Shown one piece after another: positions 24,250 to 38,006 of a DNA stretch of 64,000 bases. Origin of the DNA: Bigelowiella natans CCMP2755 (taxonomy: Eukaryota; Protista; Cercozoa); assembly GCA_000320545.1 (NCBI GenBank), contig ADNK01001378.1:20158-84157 (forward strand), in the 5' to 3' direction. The translations under genes and the position numbers were made by a program. Under the pieces are notes generated by a model. That model did no database searches. It was not told where the DNA came from and worked only from the letters and a program-made list of their open reading frames with translations. The stretch's first letter is position 1; the number at the start of each line of letters is the position of its first letter.

Positions 24250-25260
24250 CCTGTGAGTTATACCGTTTCGACGATAGGATTTGACAATTTTATCAACCAG
24301 CTGAATGCCAGCTTCCCTCGCCTCATCGCAAGCTCCTTCTCGATCATGTCGTTGCTGAGGTCACGCCAAATATCGTCGAATGCCGCATGTGGTAGCGTTG
24401 GTGTGAGGAGAAATTATGCTGAATCAAATTTGTTCGTACGCGGTCAAGGTGTCGATGCCCAGGCTGTCGCGACTTAGACGGGGGAGCTTGTAAACGTGCA
24501 ATACATCAATCTGAGATCATTCCATTGTTCTACGGTCAGATCGTCCCGCCTACTATTCACCGGTGACCCGCCGTCTGAATAGATGACCGACCTTGTCAGA
24601 GGGCGTGAGCAGCTTCTTCATGCTCCACTCGACAGCGCGCATGCTATGGAAGAGATACAATGTGGATTTCAACAGCTAAATGTCGAGGATAGAGCCACCG
24701 CGGGGTTCGAGGATAGAGCCACCGCGGGGTTCAATAGCGAGCGCGAAGAACAAATCGATGAATAACCTGTGCGCAGACCGATCGACGCAAAGTATGATCC
24801 TGCGTCGCATGCTATCGGCACATTCCTCCTTTTCTTCCTCTCGTGCGCTTTTGGGTGAGGAGGAGAAGTCTCGATTCCTCGTCCCACAGGCACCTCGGCC
24901 CTAGCGACCACGTGTGAAAAATAATGACGATTTGCCAAACGATCACGCCAGAGTGCGCATTGAAAGTCCAATGTTTGGGTTCCAAATATGTGCTACAACG
25001 ACACCTTCCTCCGCTACGACAAACATCTACGCACTTTGGGAGCAGCGGAAATTGACATCCGATGGCAGAACCAGGGGATGCTGCTTGCCAGTGGCTTTCT
25101 CACGACCCGCCCTTTCCCCAACAACATTCTCGTTCTCTGTGAGAGTCTCCGGGGGCCTGCAAGCGCATGCTTGAGTCCCTCGCGGAAGAGCATCTGGCAG
25201 GGGGTGCTCGCACGAGGAGTTGTTCTGAGTGTTGCCGAACGATCCATCGGTTCGCAACAT
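24250..25260 (-). pseudogene. possible degraded or unresolved coding sequence
   Basis: GC-richer block with protein-like minus-strand fragments (LPHAAFDDIWRDLSNDMIEKELAMRRGKLAFSWLIKLSNP; MRRRIILCVDRSAHRLFIDLFFALAIEP) interrupted by stops; no family recognised. Confidence 0.25.
24683..24730. repeat. perfect 24-bp tandem duplication
   Basis: tcgaggatagagccaccgcggggt occurs twice in tandem. Confidence 0.9.
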
Positions 25261-25416
25261 TTCTAGGTATAGTCACCTTTTATATTTTGCCTAAAAATGG
25301 TCGATCAGCAGGATCGACTAACCCTTGCTCTGCGAAAATCGTGGTGTTTTTGACCCTGCGACAACCTATTTAACCATTCTTCTTTCTTCCTGCGACAGCA
25401 CCGGCAGGCTCCTCAC

Positions 25417-26280
25417 ATGGCGGCCAGAGGAGCACAGTGGCGCAGCCGCAGGTCGCTTCTCCTGCTCCTCACGGCCGTGGCTCTGGCTTTCCTTGCTTCG
25501 ATAAGGACAGCGACTAGTTATGATCAAGGGGTGAGTTGCGGTGATATGCGTGTTTATCGCTATGGAACGGCCATCTCGATGATGATGATGATGATGATAA
25601 TGACACTGTCTCTAAATACTCGGCGCAGATACTAACCCTTGGGGGGGACTGGGAGAAAGACGTCAAATACAGGGCTTCATCTGAATATGGGGGATACAAC
25701 GTCTTGAGGAATATATTCAAAAGTAGAGACAAGGGGAGGGTTCCGGCCAAGTAAGCAAACCTTCTGCTAATAACTGATGCGCATAATGCTTGAGCTCCAC
25801 AATCTTCTTTTTTACCTGGAAACAAAGTAAGATTCGGTGGGGACAGAACTTGTGGTATCCTTCCCGACAGAGCACGTTTTCCCGCCATTTTCCGCGTAGG
25901 TTTCGGAAAAGCAAAAAGGAACGGCAGAAGGATCACAGGAGAAAGATAGTGCAGATCTTACAGAGAGCGCGTGGTAATGAGGTGTCGCGTTTTGCTCGCA
26001 CTAGCTATCTGCGTGCACAATATGCGCCTTTTCAAACGATATCTTGTGTGTTGTCAAGCAAAAGGTAGAAGCGAAAAGGAGTTGAAGATCATGGAGAATC
26101 AATTACTAGGTTTGCAGAAATCGAAGACACTTCCAAAAGGTTGTTAGTAATGACGCATGCCATATCGCTATTCCGTCGGATGAATACTCGTGACACATTT
26201 TTCTTACCATAGGGTTACTGTGGCCGATTCTGGGCTTTGCGTACGCTGGTGTCGTTATCTATGCGAGGTTGTTCTTATGA
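25417..26280 (+). CDS. small hypothetical protein with signal peptide/anchor and probable C-terminal TM helix
   Basis: MAARGAQWRSRRSLLLLLTAVALAFLAS followed by a GTGAGT donor; last exon can read LLWPILGFAYAGVVIYARLFL* (TGA 26278-26280); internal splicing uncertain. Confidence 0.55.
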
Positions 26281-26518
26281 TGATCAGAAGCGAATCTTAA
26301 CTCATCAGATGTGAAATATAAGACGGATGTAATGAAATGTCGACGTTAATAAGTCTTGGAAGGCATGCACCACGAATGCTTAATATTACGACTCATCCAC
26401 CACATGCAAAAGATATTCATATCCATTTCACATGCTTTCTATAGCTGCAGTACTGACATACAACGCCGCGTAATAAATGCGCACGAATCGTTGTAAATCA
26501 TTCACAATTCACAATGTG

Positions 26519-26563
<45 letters not shown>

Positions 26564-26952
26564 GATGATTGTGTGTGTGTGTATGCATCTTGTGGCGCGT
26601 TACGATAAGCTGATGTAATCATGATATCGTGCATGGGTTCATGTGTTACTAATGATCGAGTCATTGTCCATTGCCATTAATGAGCGATCATATAAACATT
26701 GCAAAGTATTTATGTAACTTTAGCATTCATCTAGTCGTGCATATAATGTGCCCGCCCGCGTCGTAACTTCTCCAGATATTGAGATAAATACTTGCAGGCG
26801 TATTGTGATTGCGCGCGCAAGCGCGCAACAAGAGCTTATTATGTATGCATGCTACACTATAATTTGTAGGCATACACGATATTTAATGTTCTTTATAATG
26901 TATGGAAAAATTGTGCAAGTAACATGTAAATCTTACAACTGGCAATGTCGCT

Positions 26953-29900
26953 TCAAGCTTTGTCGTGATACACATCCTTAATCTTCCACGCCTTCAAATC
27001 AACCGCGCAACCGGAAGTATCAGATAACGACGATGGCGAAAATCCCGGGGAGGATTTCGAACTCGTGCTTCCTTCTCCTACGCCATCGTTGGCTCCTGCG
27101 GCGTCCTTTTTCAATGCATAGAGGCCAATCCTCGTTGAAGCGGCACTTAATGGGAAGGCCTACGCGATTTAGTGTGTAACAAAGAAGGCCGGTCAAGAAC
27201 GGCGGACAACAATTCACATGCGTCCAGGACATCCATCAACAGCAAAAACCAGGGTGGAAACCAGGTATTGTTGGTAACTAAGAATCATCGTTAGCGTTAG
27301 CATAACCTCGATAGTGATCGCAGTGCGGTTGTTCAGGATGACCGACACGATAGAGTGGTCAATATACATGTGCAGCCTGAGCGTATTATCATTCGTCGCC
27401 GTGAGAAGATCGCTCTGCTCGCCTCCGTCATCGGACCGCAAGGGTGCGGCGCGTATGTCCTGGGTTGTTACTGGCGGCTCTGTGGAGCTTCCGCAATGCG
27501 TACGATCGATGAAAAAATGCCCTGCCGATAGGTTGAACCCGACTGCAACGTGCTCCTGGAACTCAAAGTCGGAAGAAGGAGGAGTTGCGGCGGGGGCGGA
27601 TGCAGAATCATCCCTAGTATCATCCTCCTCGCTCCCCCCCCCCCCCAGAATGAGAATTCCCACCTCGGCCACCTCTGTTCCTGACAGAAAGCAAAGTTAC
27701 TCAAGCAATACGTCTTCACTGCACAACTCATTTTAAAAACAACACCAGCGAGGCATCACTGAACGCATAATCCCCGTGCGAGTTTTATCTCACAACTCCG
27801 AACACTTTTTCTTTTCCTTTTTTTTTAAAAAATATATTTATGGTATCTCCCCTTCAAAAAGAATTAAGTCGTTGGCATGACGGGGCGTTTTTTTCAAAAA
27901 AGGTGTGGTGGTGATGACGACGATCCTGAGTAGCATCATCAGCCCCAGCAGCACGCACCTGCCGTCCCTGGAAGGAAAAACTCGGCATAGATTTCGGCTT
28001 GGTTCGATCTGAACCCTCTTAGCTCCATTGCGTCCTTCCTCGCTGCAACAACAGGGATGCTCGGAAGCTTCGCCTCAAACGGGTGGCTCGGCTCTTCCCG
28101 TAGGGATTGAAGCTCAGGAACGAATGCTTGCCTCAGCTGTTGCCCTCCACCATACATCCCACCGTCGCGGTGCTGGCTATCATCGGCAGAGACAGGGCCG
28201 TCCTGTGCGCCATCGATGTTAGAAAGCGGGCGAGCAAAGTCCCCTCTCTGGCGCCGTCTGATTGGCCGTTTGCTGCGCATCAGCGTCAGGTCACGCGGAA
28301 GGGCTATCGCTCTCAATGTTGGGTGCACGTAGCCAAGGTTGGCAAACATGACCCGCCGCCGATGGCGCTGGTGTGAGGAGCTGGAAGAAGACGAAAAGGG
28401 CGACTCCTTCGCCGCATGCAGCGCTTCTGCGTTCTCCTCTGGGGCTGCCGCGGTTTTGGGGCAGCATATGAGGAAGCCTTCCTCGGCAACGGTCAGATTG
28501 TTCGTTGGATCTGTTCTAGGGAACACGTCTGACTTGGGGGACCGCGCAGGGCGAAATGCTGACCAATCCACCGGGTAGCTTGCATCCCAGTCTACGGAGA
28601 ACGAAGAGGAGGAGGGGGGGGGGGGAGTCTCCAGAGCCGCGGCAGCAGCATCAACACCCCTCCCTCTTTTAACTTGCCATCTTCTGGACGTTGATGTCGT
28701 CCCCATCGTTCTCTCTCCCACCAAAAATTCGGCATAGTTCCAGTAGTGAGGGAGAGAGCAACAGGGCCCGGGGCCATACACTGAAGTCAGCAGCACCTCG
28801 CTTTCATCAACCGCTACCACGCCATCATCACCGTCGCCACCGCATCTACTCTCCTCTGTTTGGAGCTTGAAGAAATCAGGGGTCACAAACCTGTAATGAC
28901 AAGCAACGACGTTCATGATTGCCCCGCTCACCGCCAAAGATGCAAAAGGCAAAAAAAGAGGCGCGAGATACACAAAGAAAGGGTGGCGTGCTACTCCGTG
29001 TGCTGCTCCACGAAGCTCCCCGCTGCAGTCCTGTTGGTTTGAAGCAATACCTGGTGCGAGGAATATGACAACGAGCGCACACTTACACAGTGAGGGCAGA
29101 CACGGATTATAAGGCGGGACAGGGTTGGAGGAAACAGTGGAAAGAGAAGAATGTACATATTTGCAGGGACTTTAGCTGCAGTAATTGTCAATACCCCCTC
29201 ATATGTCCAATTTGAGTGCCCTTTCCCAGGAGGATGCAAAGATGCATAGAGAAGCTCCGCACCGCCTGCCTCACATCCTGTGGGCGATGCTGTTGCGTTG
29301 CATGCGTCCGTTGCTATTGCAGTGTACCTAAAGGGGAACGATTGGAAAGATCCAATTTACTCAGCATCTCGATGGGCACTATTTAACACTGGATGCAGAA
29401 TGTGGGCTTGGATGCTTATCGAAACATATTAATTCTACGCTGAATGTGAGTGCGAGCTCGGCCTTTCTGCGGGGCTGTTGGAACGCAGAAAGGTTGCTAC
29501 CAGCGATAGACCAAAAATTATAATGTCTGATTTATATAACTTAGTACCATCTTCCATCATCGCCCTGCCAGGGAGCCAAGCTGAACAGCAGCAGTTAACA
29601 AATGAAGCGGTGTGAGACGGTATGTGGCGAAGTGTTCCATTGCTCTATTTCTACATATATTGTTCATTACGGGTCTGCGGGAAGCGCTCTCTGAGCATTC
29701 GTTAAGTTGACTGTGAAAAGCATATTGCTTTTCGCATCTTGCCAAGCGTTCAGCGTCATGTTCGACGTAGATTTTGCCCATATAGGAATAGCCTCCGCAC
29801 TCCCTCCCCATTTGGAGACGCTAGTCACAAGATCGGAATAGGACACCATCCCTGAAAGAGTTAGAGACTTCTTAAATGATTATCCTCTCCCCTCTCCTTA

Positions 29901-30296
29901 CATAAAGACGCTTATACCTCCAGACAGGGCGTTTGGCTTGTCATCTTCACTCGAGAACACGCCGCTGCGATTCCACGTAACCAGGTCCTTCGAGGTCAAG
30001 TGCAGGACCTCTCCCCCCATCAGGGGAAAGATGTGCCATGTGGAAGTCGGAGCGACGTATACAGCGGCCGAAATATCCGTGATCATTTGCTCCGGAACGA
30101 AGTGAAACTTCGGCTGATGGAACTCCCGGAACGCTAATGCACGTTCACAATGTCAGCATGGAAAGTTGAACCATCTCCTGCATCTGTGTTTTTCTTTACC
30201 CCTATACGTTGTAGATCGTGATGCTCTTGAGTAAGTGGGTGTGAATGCATCAGCGAGTAACGCTGTGACAGAAAAGAAGAAGAAGGCGAGAAGCAT
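26953..30296 (-). CDS. secreted glycoside hydrolase family 32 (beta-fructofuranosidase-like), divergent
   Basis: Signal peptide MLLAFFFFSVTALLA; HQPKFHFVPEQMITDISAAVY...WHIF...HLTSKDLVTW; TPDFF; CCPKT; RRVMFANL; IALPRDLTL; QLRQAFVPELQSLR; C-terminal LRLHMYIDHSIVSVILNNRTAIT...LKAWKI; stop at 26953. Confidence 0.8.
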
Positions 30297-31197
30297 CTCC
30301 CCCACCCCCCCCCAAATCAAGTGTCGATGGTCGTGGGAAGGTAGATATGATTGGATTTGTAACCACCAGCTGTATGAGCTTTTTTGGGGGTATTTTTTCG
30401 GCCAAAATTAGTCGGAGGCCGAAATAAGGCTAAACTACCTATGTTGAAACAGGACTACCGTCAAGCGAAACAAGCTTTTAGCCAATTTCATCAGAATAGA
30501 ACCAGCTCGAAGGCGAATTTTAGAGGAAATCAGGGAATCGATGGTCGGCTTCTCCGCAAACGGGGAATCCAGGAAATCCTTATAGGAAATTACCAAGGTT
30601 TAAATGTAAATCTGCTGAAATTCTTGAAAACTTCTGGAATTTCCCCTTTGTTTTGCACAAACACTAACACTTCGATCCTCCGATCTGGGGGTACCTGCCC
30701 GTGCGCGTTGGTGGTGCACAGCACGTGCGCCCATCTTACTTCTTTCTTGTTGGAAGGAAGCTTCTAACTTCGATAAGATGTAGGCCGTTTCCAAAGTGCG
30801 CCGACATAAAGCAGGACTCGAAGGTTTGAAATCGGCTGGCTTTTCTCCAAGATAAATTGAGCTTTATCAAATCCTCAGTAGATTTGCGGAATCGCTCGAA
30901 CACACGACACGCGCACAATCCAAAGGAACAGAAGGCAACTGCGTGTTTTTTTGCACCGCTTCCCTTCTCCCTCTTCGTTCCAAACGGCCCTGTTTTCTCA
31001 TTTACGTGCTTCGAAAAAATGTTTCCCCTCGGCCTTGTGCCTATCTTGAATTCGTTGCTCGAAGAATCACCTCCTTCAATCCATTATTGTTACGAAAAAG
31101 AGGGTTTTTAATTTCACCGGAAGAACGTACGCATGAGACCTCCCGGAAGATTCCTCTTACTCACAATTAACTCTCAGATTGTACACCTGGAAACAAT

Positions 31198-33099
31198 ATG
31201 GGAACTGTAATTGACGATATTTTGCCCTTGACTGGCAAGTTGTCCATCACTTGTGTAAAAGCAAATGACATTCCAAAGAAGCAGCTCATGGGAAAGCAAG
31301 ATCCCTACTGCATTCTCGATTTCGGTGGGCAGAAGAAGAAGACAAAGGTACCAAAACATGACCTTGTGAATGTGTCGTCATATGCTTTATCAAGAGTTCT
31401 GAATTCAGGTGAAAAAGGACGGAGATCGCAATCCTGAGTGGAATGAAACTCTCGAGTTTGACCTAAAGGACTGCGATGACAGGGACATCCAAATTAAAGT
31501 CATGAACGAGATGTTCGGCCCGCTTGATGCTGAATGCGCAGTGGTGAAAGTCCCAATTTATTCGCTTCTAGGAGGTGAAACTGAAACCTGGATTCCCCTT
31601 TACAAGGTACCCTTCAAATATTTTCTCGGGTGTGAGCGATTTTGTTTTTCTGGTTGCATAGTTTTTTTTATCACAATTTCAAAGAAGACAAGTCCTTGTT
31701 TCTTTCTCAGAAGTCATCACATGAGGATGAATGCGGTAAGATTCTCTTCAAGACAACTTTCGAAGGTGCTGGAGGACTCCCCCCTGCTCCAACCTCGTCA
31801 CGCTACGGTATTGTATCTGCTGTGTATGGAACTGCTAAAGTTAGGACTGATGTTCGTGGCCTTCTTGAGAGGAAGGTCAGAGCAAGAAACACCAAATATT
31901 TGCTGCTGTTTCCTGTCCGAAATAATCTGTGAATGTGATTTGTCAAGGTTGCTGGAGGAGCTCTGAGATTCGAGTCGAAGAGAGATCTGAGTAGCTTCTT
32001 CGGCTTTGACCCTCTGAATAATCATATCATCGGAAAAGTACTAAACCTGACTTACATGAAAGACGGTGAGTGGGATTCTCACACAGAGTCCGATAAAAAC
32101 TATTTTAGCAGCTTTCATTCTTCCTGACGAGCAACCACCTTGCGCACAGGTCAAGTAAAAGCAGTAACAGTTCCCGAAAGGCATGAAGATACTGTCGTTG
32201 AGCTGGTAAATAGAGAAGCGTGACAACAGAGAAGCATGGCAATTACAACATTCAACCAATTGCACTTTTGAGCTTTAACTAAAACATTATATTCTATTAT
32301 CTCATTTTAGGAGGAAAAATCACTGGGCAGTGTATCGAAACCGGCACCGGCACCGGCACTGGTTGATACAGACGTAAAAGCTGAGGTTGTAGCAGAACCA
32401 GCAGCGGTAGTCCAAAAAACGACCGAGACCATAGAGGAGGTAATCGTTGAAGAAAAGGCTGATGTCAAAAAACTTGACGAAGAGGAGGAACAGGAAGACG
32501 AAGAGAACAAACAAGGAGGACGAAGGAGCGGAGGGAGGGGTATGGGAAAAGCTGATCGGCGAAACAAGACTGATGAAGACAGCACCGATGAGGAGTCGTC
32601 GGAGAGTGAGAACGAGGACAACGAGAGAAAGGAACGAAAGTTCTTCCTTCTTGCCAAAAAAAAGGACAAGTACTACGGTGTCTGCAAGTTAGATGGGGAG
32701 AAGGGTGACAAAGAAGAGGTTCACATCATGTCAAAGACCCACAAAAATCTCAAGTACATGAAAGCCGAAGTGCAAGCTGATGGGGGTTTTGGAAAAGGCG
32801 CAACATGGGTCGTGGAGTATCTCGGAAACAGCAAAGTCAGGTTCCTCCACTCCAACAGGGAAAAGTACCTTAAAGTACACACCAATCAAGATGATGCCGT
32901 CAACGCAAAGGGAGCTGGTGGAAAGGCGTGTCATTTCAAGGTGCAAAACAAAAAGAAGAAACTCGGAAGGCTTGTCACTTTCGAATCAGTTGCATCTCCT
33001 GACAAATTTCTACGCGTGGAAGAGGATGGGTCTCTTACTCTCGGGTCTGACAAGGGCGCTGCATCTAAGTTCCGAGTTCTCCGCAAGAAAGACAACTAA
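31198..33099 (+). CDS. C2 domain protein with small central domain and C-terminal fascin-like beta-trefoil
   Basis: GKLSITCVKANDIPKKQLMGKQDPYCIL...NPEWNETLEF (C2); IVSAVYG...TDV...FFGFDP (DUF3395-like); acidic linker; three trefoil-like repeats (WVVEYLGNSKVRF, KYLKV, VTFESVASPDKFLRVEEDGSL...SKFRV). Confidence 0.75.
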
Positions 33100-33779
33100 G
33101 CTAGTATCCGCATCTACGAACAGAAGGCGAGGAGCGCTAGAGCGGGTTGATGGCAAGAATTACAACATTTGCGCAGAACAGGCACAATCGATTAAAAACG
33201 CCGAGGTCAGGACTCAACAATGATAGAAAACAATTTTTGCGCTCGTTCTTTAGATGCTTCAGAAAGAATTTCGAATGTGCATGCAATGCATTTACAAGTA
33301 CTGAAGTAGTCTTCAGTTTAGAACAGCATGCATGCATCTGTGCACGAATGCAGACCCCACGCGTGCCTCCAAATGGCACACAGTACTCGCGAGCGGCGGC
33401 ACGGACGACAATATAACGGCAAACCTGGTGATGCTGTATACAGGAGAACATGCACACTTTCGCATAGAATTGGCATGCAGTAGTCATGTGTGTAATGTGC
33501 ATCTGGAGCGCACACCCACAGTACCACGCCATGGCTCAGTCCATGTCATCTTTTCACAGCTTGTGCCAATAAGTGAATACAGACGTATCGCACGTGCCAT
33601 GTGCGACTGACACAAATCAAAAATTCATGCGTATCATCATTGACAAGAAAAATACACTAATTGATCCATTATAGTGACCTAGCGTCGCTTGCTACATGCT
33701 GTTATTCTCTGATTTGCATGTTCCATACAGCACACGTAGCAACTCATGCAATGTAGACTGATGTCGAAGCGAAAAAGGC

Positions 33780-36361
33780 CTACGACGGTTGCTGCTTGCA
33801 GCCCATCACCGCTGCGAATTTGTCCATAGTCACATTTCCCCCGCTAGCAATGATAGCAACTGGCGATGATTCTCCATTCCCTTATCGGAGTGTCATGTAA
33901 TGAAAATCATGATCTGAACTGATGATGATATTTCATGCAAGCATGCTCTTTCACCAGAAAGAAATCTATCTGTCCCTCTCCCCCCTCCCCCACTCTCTCT
34001 ATATGTCTCGCAAGTCATCACTCATAGAAACACTATACAAATAAATATATACCTATTTACTACACATTTACATATTAAGAAGATATCGCTGATCTATTAC
34101 AGACATCGAGGGGTATCAAAAAAGCCACATCAGACCTTCTCGGTCAAAAAGGCCTACGGATTGCTTTCCTTCTCGTCGCTTTTCTGACAGCAGCGCGGCG
34201 AGAGAAACCGCACCACTAGGCTCTAGTACGAGCGCCAAGGTTTCGAATGCTATCTTCATCGCCATTCTCACCTGCTCCCCCAGAAGGCGGAATAATCACA
34301 TGCACGAACACACGACACACGCGCGAACACACACTCAAAACGTTACAGATGCACAAAATAATATGACTTTGCAGGCCAGATCTGTGATTTCGCGTAGAGT
34401 AGAGGAGGGAAGGAAAAAGGGAAAAAAAAGGCGGGTGTTTGCACGTGTGGACACCTCCTCGTCGGTCACGCTCAACGCGCCGGCAAGCCGACTTCGATTT
34501 ATTTCAAATGATCTTCGCCCAGGCGCGCTTTACAAACAGAGATTGCATCCATCATCGCATATAGAGAAGAAGGAGGGGGGAGAGGAGGATGAAAACGAAG
34601 AGGAGGGAATAGGGGAGGAAAAGGAGGCTGCTCGCTAGGTAAAATGGCGATATGGAAATTATATACAACGACAGATGATTTTTATAATGGTCTCTCTGTC
34701 TTCGCTCTCCTTCCTTACGCAGCTTGCAGAGCGTCGCACAGAGATGGCGGTGAGGCCTGTGGTGGTGATTCGATGAGAAAATAGCGAGGAAAGTGGCAAG
34801 ATAAGCACGCCTATGCCCATCACCGTGCGCTGGACACGATGTGTGCGAAGGGTTCTTGTCGTCCCCTTCAGTATTTTAGATTCTCCCTCGCAATCATCAA
34901 TCTTCTAGAGCGCGAACGCGGCTGCGACATTCATTATTTCTCTACGCTTCTGTGATATCGCCGCCATCGCCATCCTCGCCCCCGCTGTCACGCAAGCGGG
35001 GTTCGGACCTACCTCGAGCGGCGTCCTGGCTCCATTTCGAAAGGAGGTAACGTGGTCGTCGTAGCCTTCAGGCTCAACTGCACAGCACAACCGTCATCAC
35101 CGAGAGGCAGTTCAGACACAAATACACACACATCCACGCCCACACACACACACACACACACGCACGCCCACACACAATCCCAACTGAAATCGCGACTCCA
35201 AAAGAAATCTTCGTTCAAACATTCGCATTTTGCTGGGGAGAAAGGCGAAGGTTTTCTTCCTGCGACAGAGCTACTCGCATATATACATATTAATATATAT
35301 GTATTTTATGTATGGAGAGGGGGTGAGAGAGGGAATTGCATCTTCTACAGCAGCACAGCACAAGTCGTCCTCATGATACGATGAGCATCTTCAATACCGC
35401 ATTGAAGCCATGAGTATGTGCATTTCAAAAGCGATGGTGCGTGCTATGAAGATGAAGAAGGGGGTACATTTAAAGGGTCTACAGCACTTATCACCTGCGT
35501 ATAGCTTAGTACGTGATAGCAATGATGATGATGATGCCTCCACCGCAAGGGCACTTCCTGTTCAATTTGCACTAGAAGTTAGAACGTATTCACACGACAA
35601 CATCCTCTCCGCCCCCACCCCAATAAAACAACGCTAGTATAAACATATCTAGAGTCCTCATCAGGTATATATATATATATATATATATATATTTAATTTT
35701 TTATTGTATTGTATTTTCTGTTTCCTTTCGTTTCTGTTTCTCGTTTATGGTCTTCACGCGCTACTGGCTAGGTTGTGATAATGCTACTAGGTAATAGCTG
35801 GAGTATTGCAGTGGATTACGACAACGGCGTGATGATAGCAATAGTGTGATGATGATGATGATGATGATGATCATAACCTGCCACTAACCCGCCGCCACCT
35901 GTGACATTCCATTGAGAATGTCGATTAGTATCATGATGGGGAGAGGCAGATGCGAGCAAAAGGGATGGAATCAAGAGGGGGTAGGAACTATGAGAGAACC
36001 GTGGTATCTACCAACGCATATATCGCATAATATTCTGCCTCTCTTCCTCCTCCTCCTCCTCCTCTTCCTCCTCCTCCTCCCTCCTACCACGCAATGCTGT
36101 TATTGCACTATTAGTTACCTGTGGGTACAAGAATGGCTCCGAGCTCCTTCACCTCCATCGTCTCTAGGTCCTTCGGGATCAGCGATGACAAGCGGACATG
36201 CAGCAGGGGCGGGGTTGAGGGGAGGAAAGAAAGAGGAAGAGAAGCAGGGTCGTTAATGATTCCCAAGAGTGTATCTCATATCAATGGCTCTGAAGGGTTC
36301 ATGAGCGATGTGTGTTTTACTGCAGCGACCATTGCAACAAAGGATTGCCTCCCGCGAATAT

Positions 36362-36401
<40 letters not shown>

Positions 36402-37037
36402 GTGCGTGCGTTGTGTATGCGCATGCACGTGTGCGATGAATTCTCAAATCAGTAGCACCGCCACTACTACTGCTAGCACCTGCAGCATTTCCATCACAGC
36501 GGTACCCTGTCCAGCAATTACCTCCCTCGGAGTGCCCCAGAAACACAATTCAATCCATTTATCAGGAAGGGGGGGCGTGTTGTGACGAGGATAACAACTC
36601 TAGAGAGAGAGAGAGAGAGAGAGAAGAGGGGACGGGAGAGATACCGACCCTCTCGATCCTAGAATGCTTACCTATCTTCAAAGGGATGCAGCAGCGTTTT
36701 CCCTTCCATTTCCGACACTTTTTCCGCCTCTGCAGCTGCGGTCACTTCGCGATTCGTTCCTGGTATCACCTAGCAGTAGTAGTAGTAGTAGTAGTAAAAG
36801 CAGTTTTAACGCATCCATTCGAAATTCTCGTCATCATCGTCGTCATCCTCGTCGTCATGTATATCTTCACTAGCCGCCACCTTGGACAGAGTCACATGCG
36901 CTCCGTATATCTGCGCACGATCTTGCTTGGAGAGCGGGGCGTTTTCAGGCATCACAATGGTAGACTGAACCTGTGTTGGCATGCACAACACTCATCACAC
37001 CCACCCCCCGTATTATTGATCCATATAATCATCATCG

Positions 37038-37068
<31 letters not shown>

Positions 37069-38006
37069 TATCATAATTCACATGGCTTCTTAGAGAATAG
37101 ACGGACTCCTGCGGAGGTCGCCGCGGCAGCTAATCCCTGGCCAAAATTGCCTAAAAAGCGTGTTAGGATGCAGGTACAATTCATTGGAGCGGGGAGCTTG
37201 TTTTGTTCTTTCGAATCTCCTAGCCTAATAGTGCTCTATTTATTGATCTGGTTCGATGAGAACCAGATGAGAAAGCCACGACGCCGCGATCTCTTTGCTC
37301 CGGCGAGAGCGTCAGGATGCGATTCAGAGCGCCTCGATACTTGAACGAACCGGTCTGCAACAAACAGCGCACGCATGCATATCACGCCCACGCGGGCGAT
37401 AGATAAATTCAGGCGATAACATAATCGCCAAATCCTTTCCATAGCTTACCCATTGGAGGCATTCAGCTTTCACTAGCACGCGACGACCTGAGAAATAGAA
37501 CAGATATCGAAAGCTCATATTGTTGCGCGCATCGCTGCGCCCTCGGGCCTGCATATTTCGATGAAATTATATGACACAAGGGCTAGCAATTTTAAGTATC
37601 AAAGAGTCCAGGGCCACATGCACGTTCGACCTAAGATACTGTTAAGAGCCAAGCTTTCAAGTGTCGGAGTGCGATGTACACGGCCCTACACATCATTGGG
37701 ATAGGAAGTAGGTAAAATGTCATGGTCAGTCAACATGAGCTTTAAGCGCTATTTAAGACCTTCAGCCGCTCCATCGCGTTCTTCACGTCCTCACCTGTCG
37801 TCAGGTCCTCCTCTGGGATGACTTAAACACACATGGTAGAGAGAGGGGCGTCGGCACAGGGAATCCTTCTTTCCAACCTCTTTCCAATCCCCCTCCTCCA
37901 TTCCCTGTCACTCTCTTTGTTGACCTGCTGAAGAAAACATCCTGGGACACGTGAAATGCGCGAGCAGACTTGGGCCACACCTCTGGCCCTGGAATGCACG
38001 CCGCAT
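33780..38006 (-). CDS. PLP-dependent fold-type II enzyme, serine racemase / threonine ammonia-lyase family, many short exons, probable mitochondrial presequence
   Basis: Exons read GRVHRTPTL, VLVKAECLQ, TGSFKYRGALN (PLP lysine), VVAFSS|GNFGQGLA, IVMPENAP, LLHPFED, VIAGQGT, VPT|GGGGLVAG, AVEPEGYDDH, LCDALQA, VTDEE, LVLEPSGAVSLAAL, IIASGGNV...PS* (TAG 33780). N-terminus MRRAFQGQRCGPSLLAHFTCPRMFSSA. Confidence 0.9.

Noticed and set aside
30384-31170. Short ORFs between GH32 and the C2 gene
   Set aside because: No recognisable motifs; consistent with a divergent promoter and 5' UTR intron.
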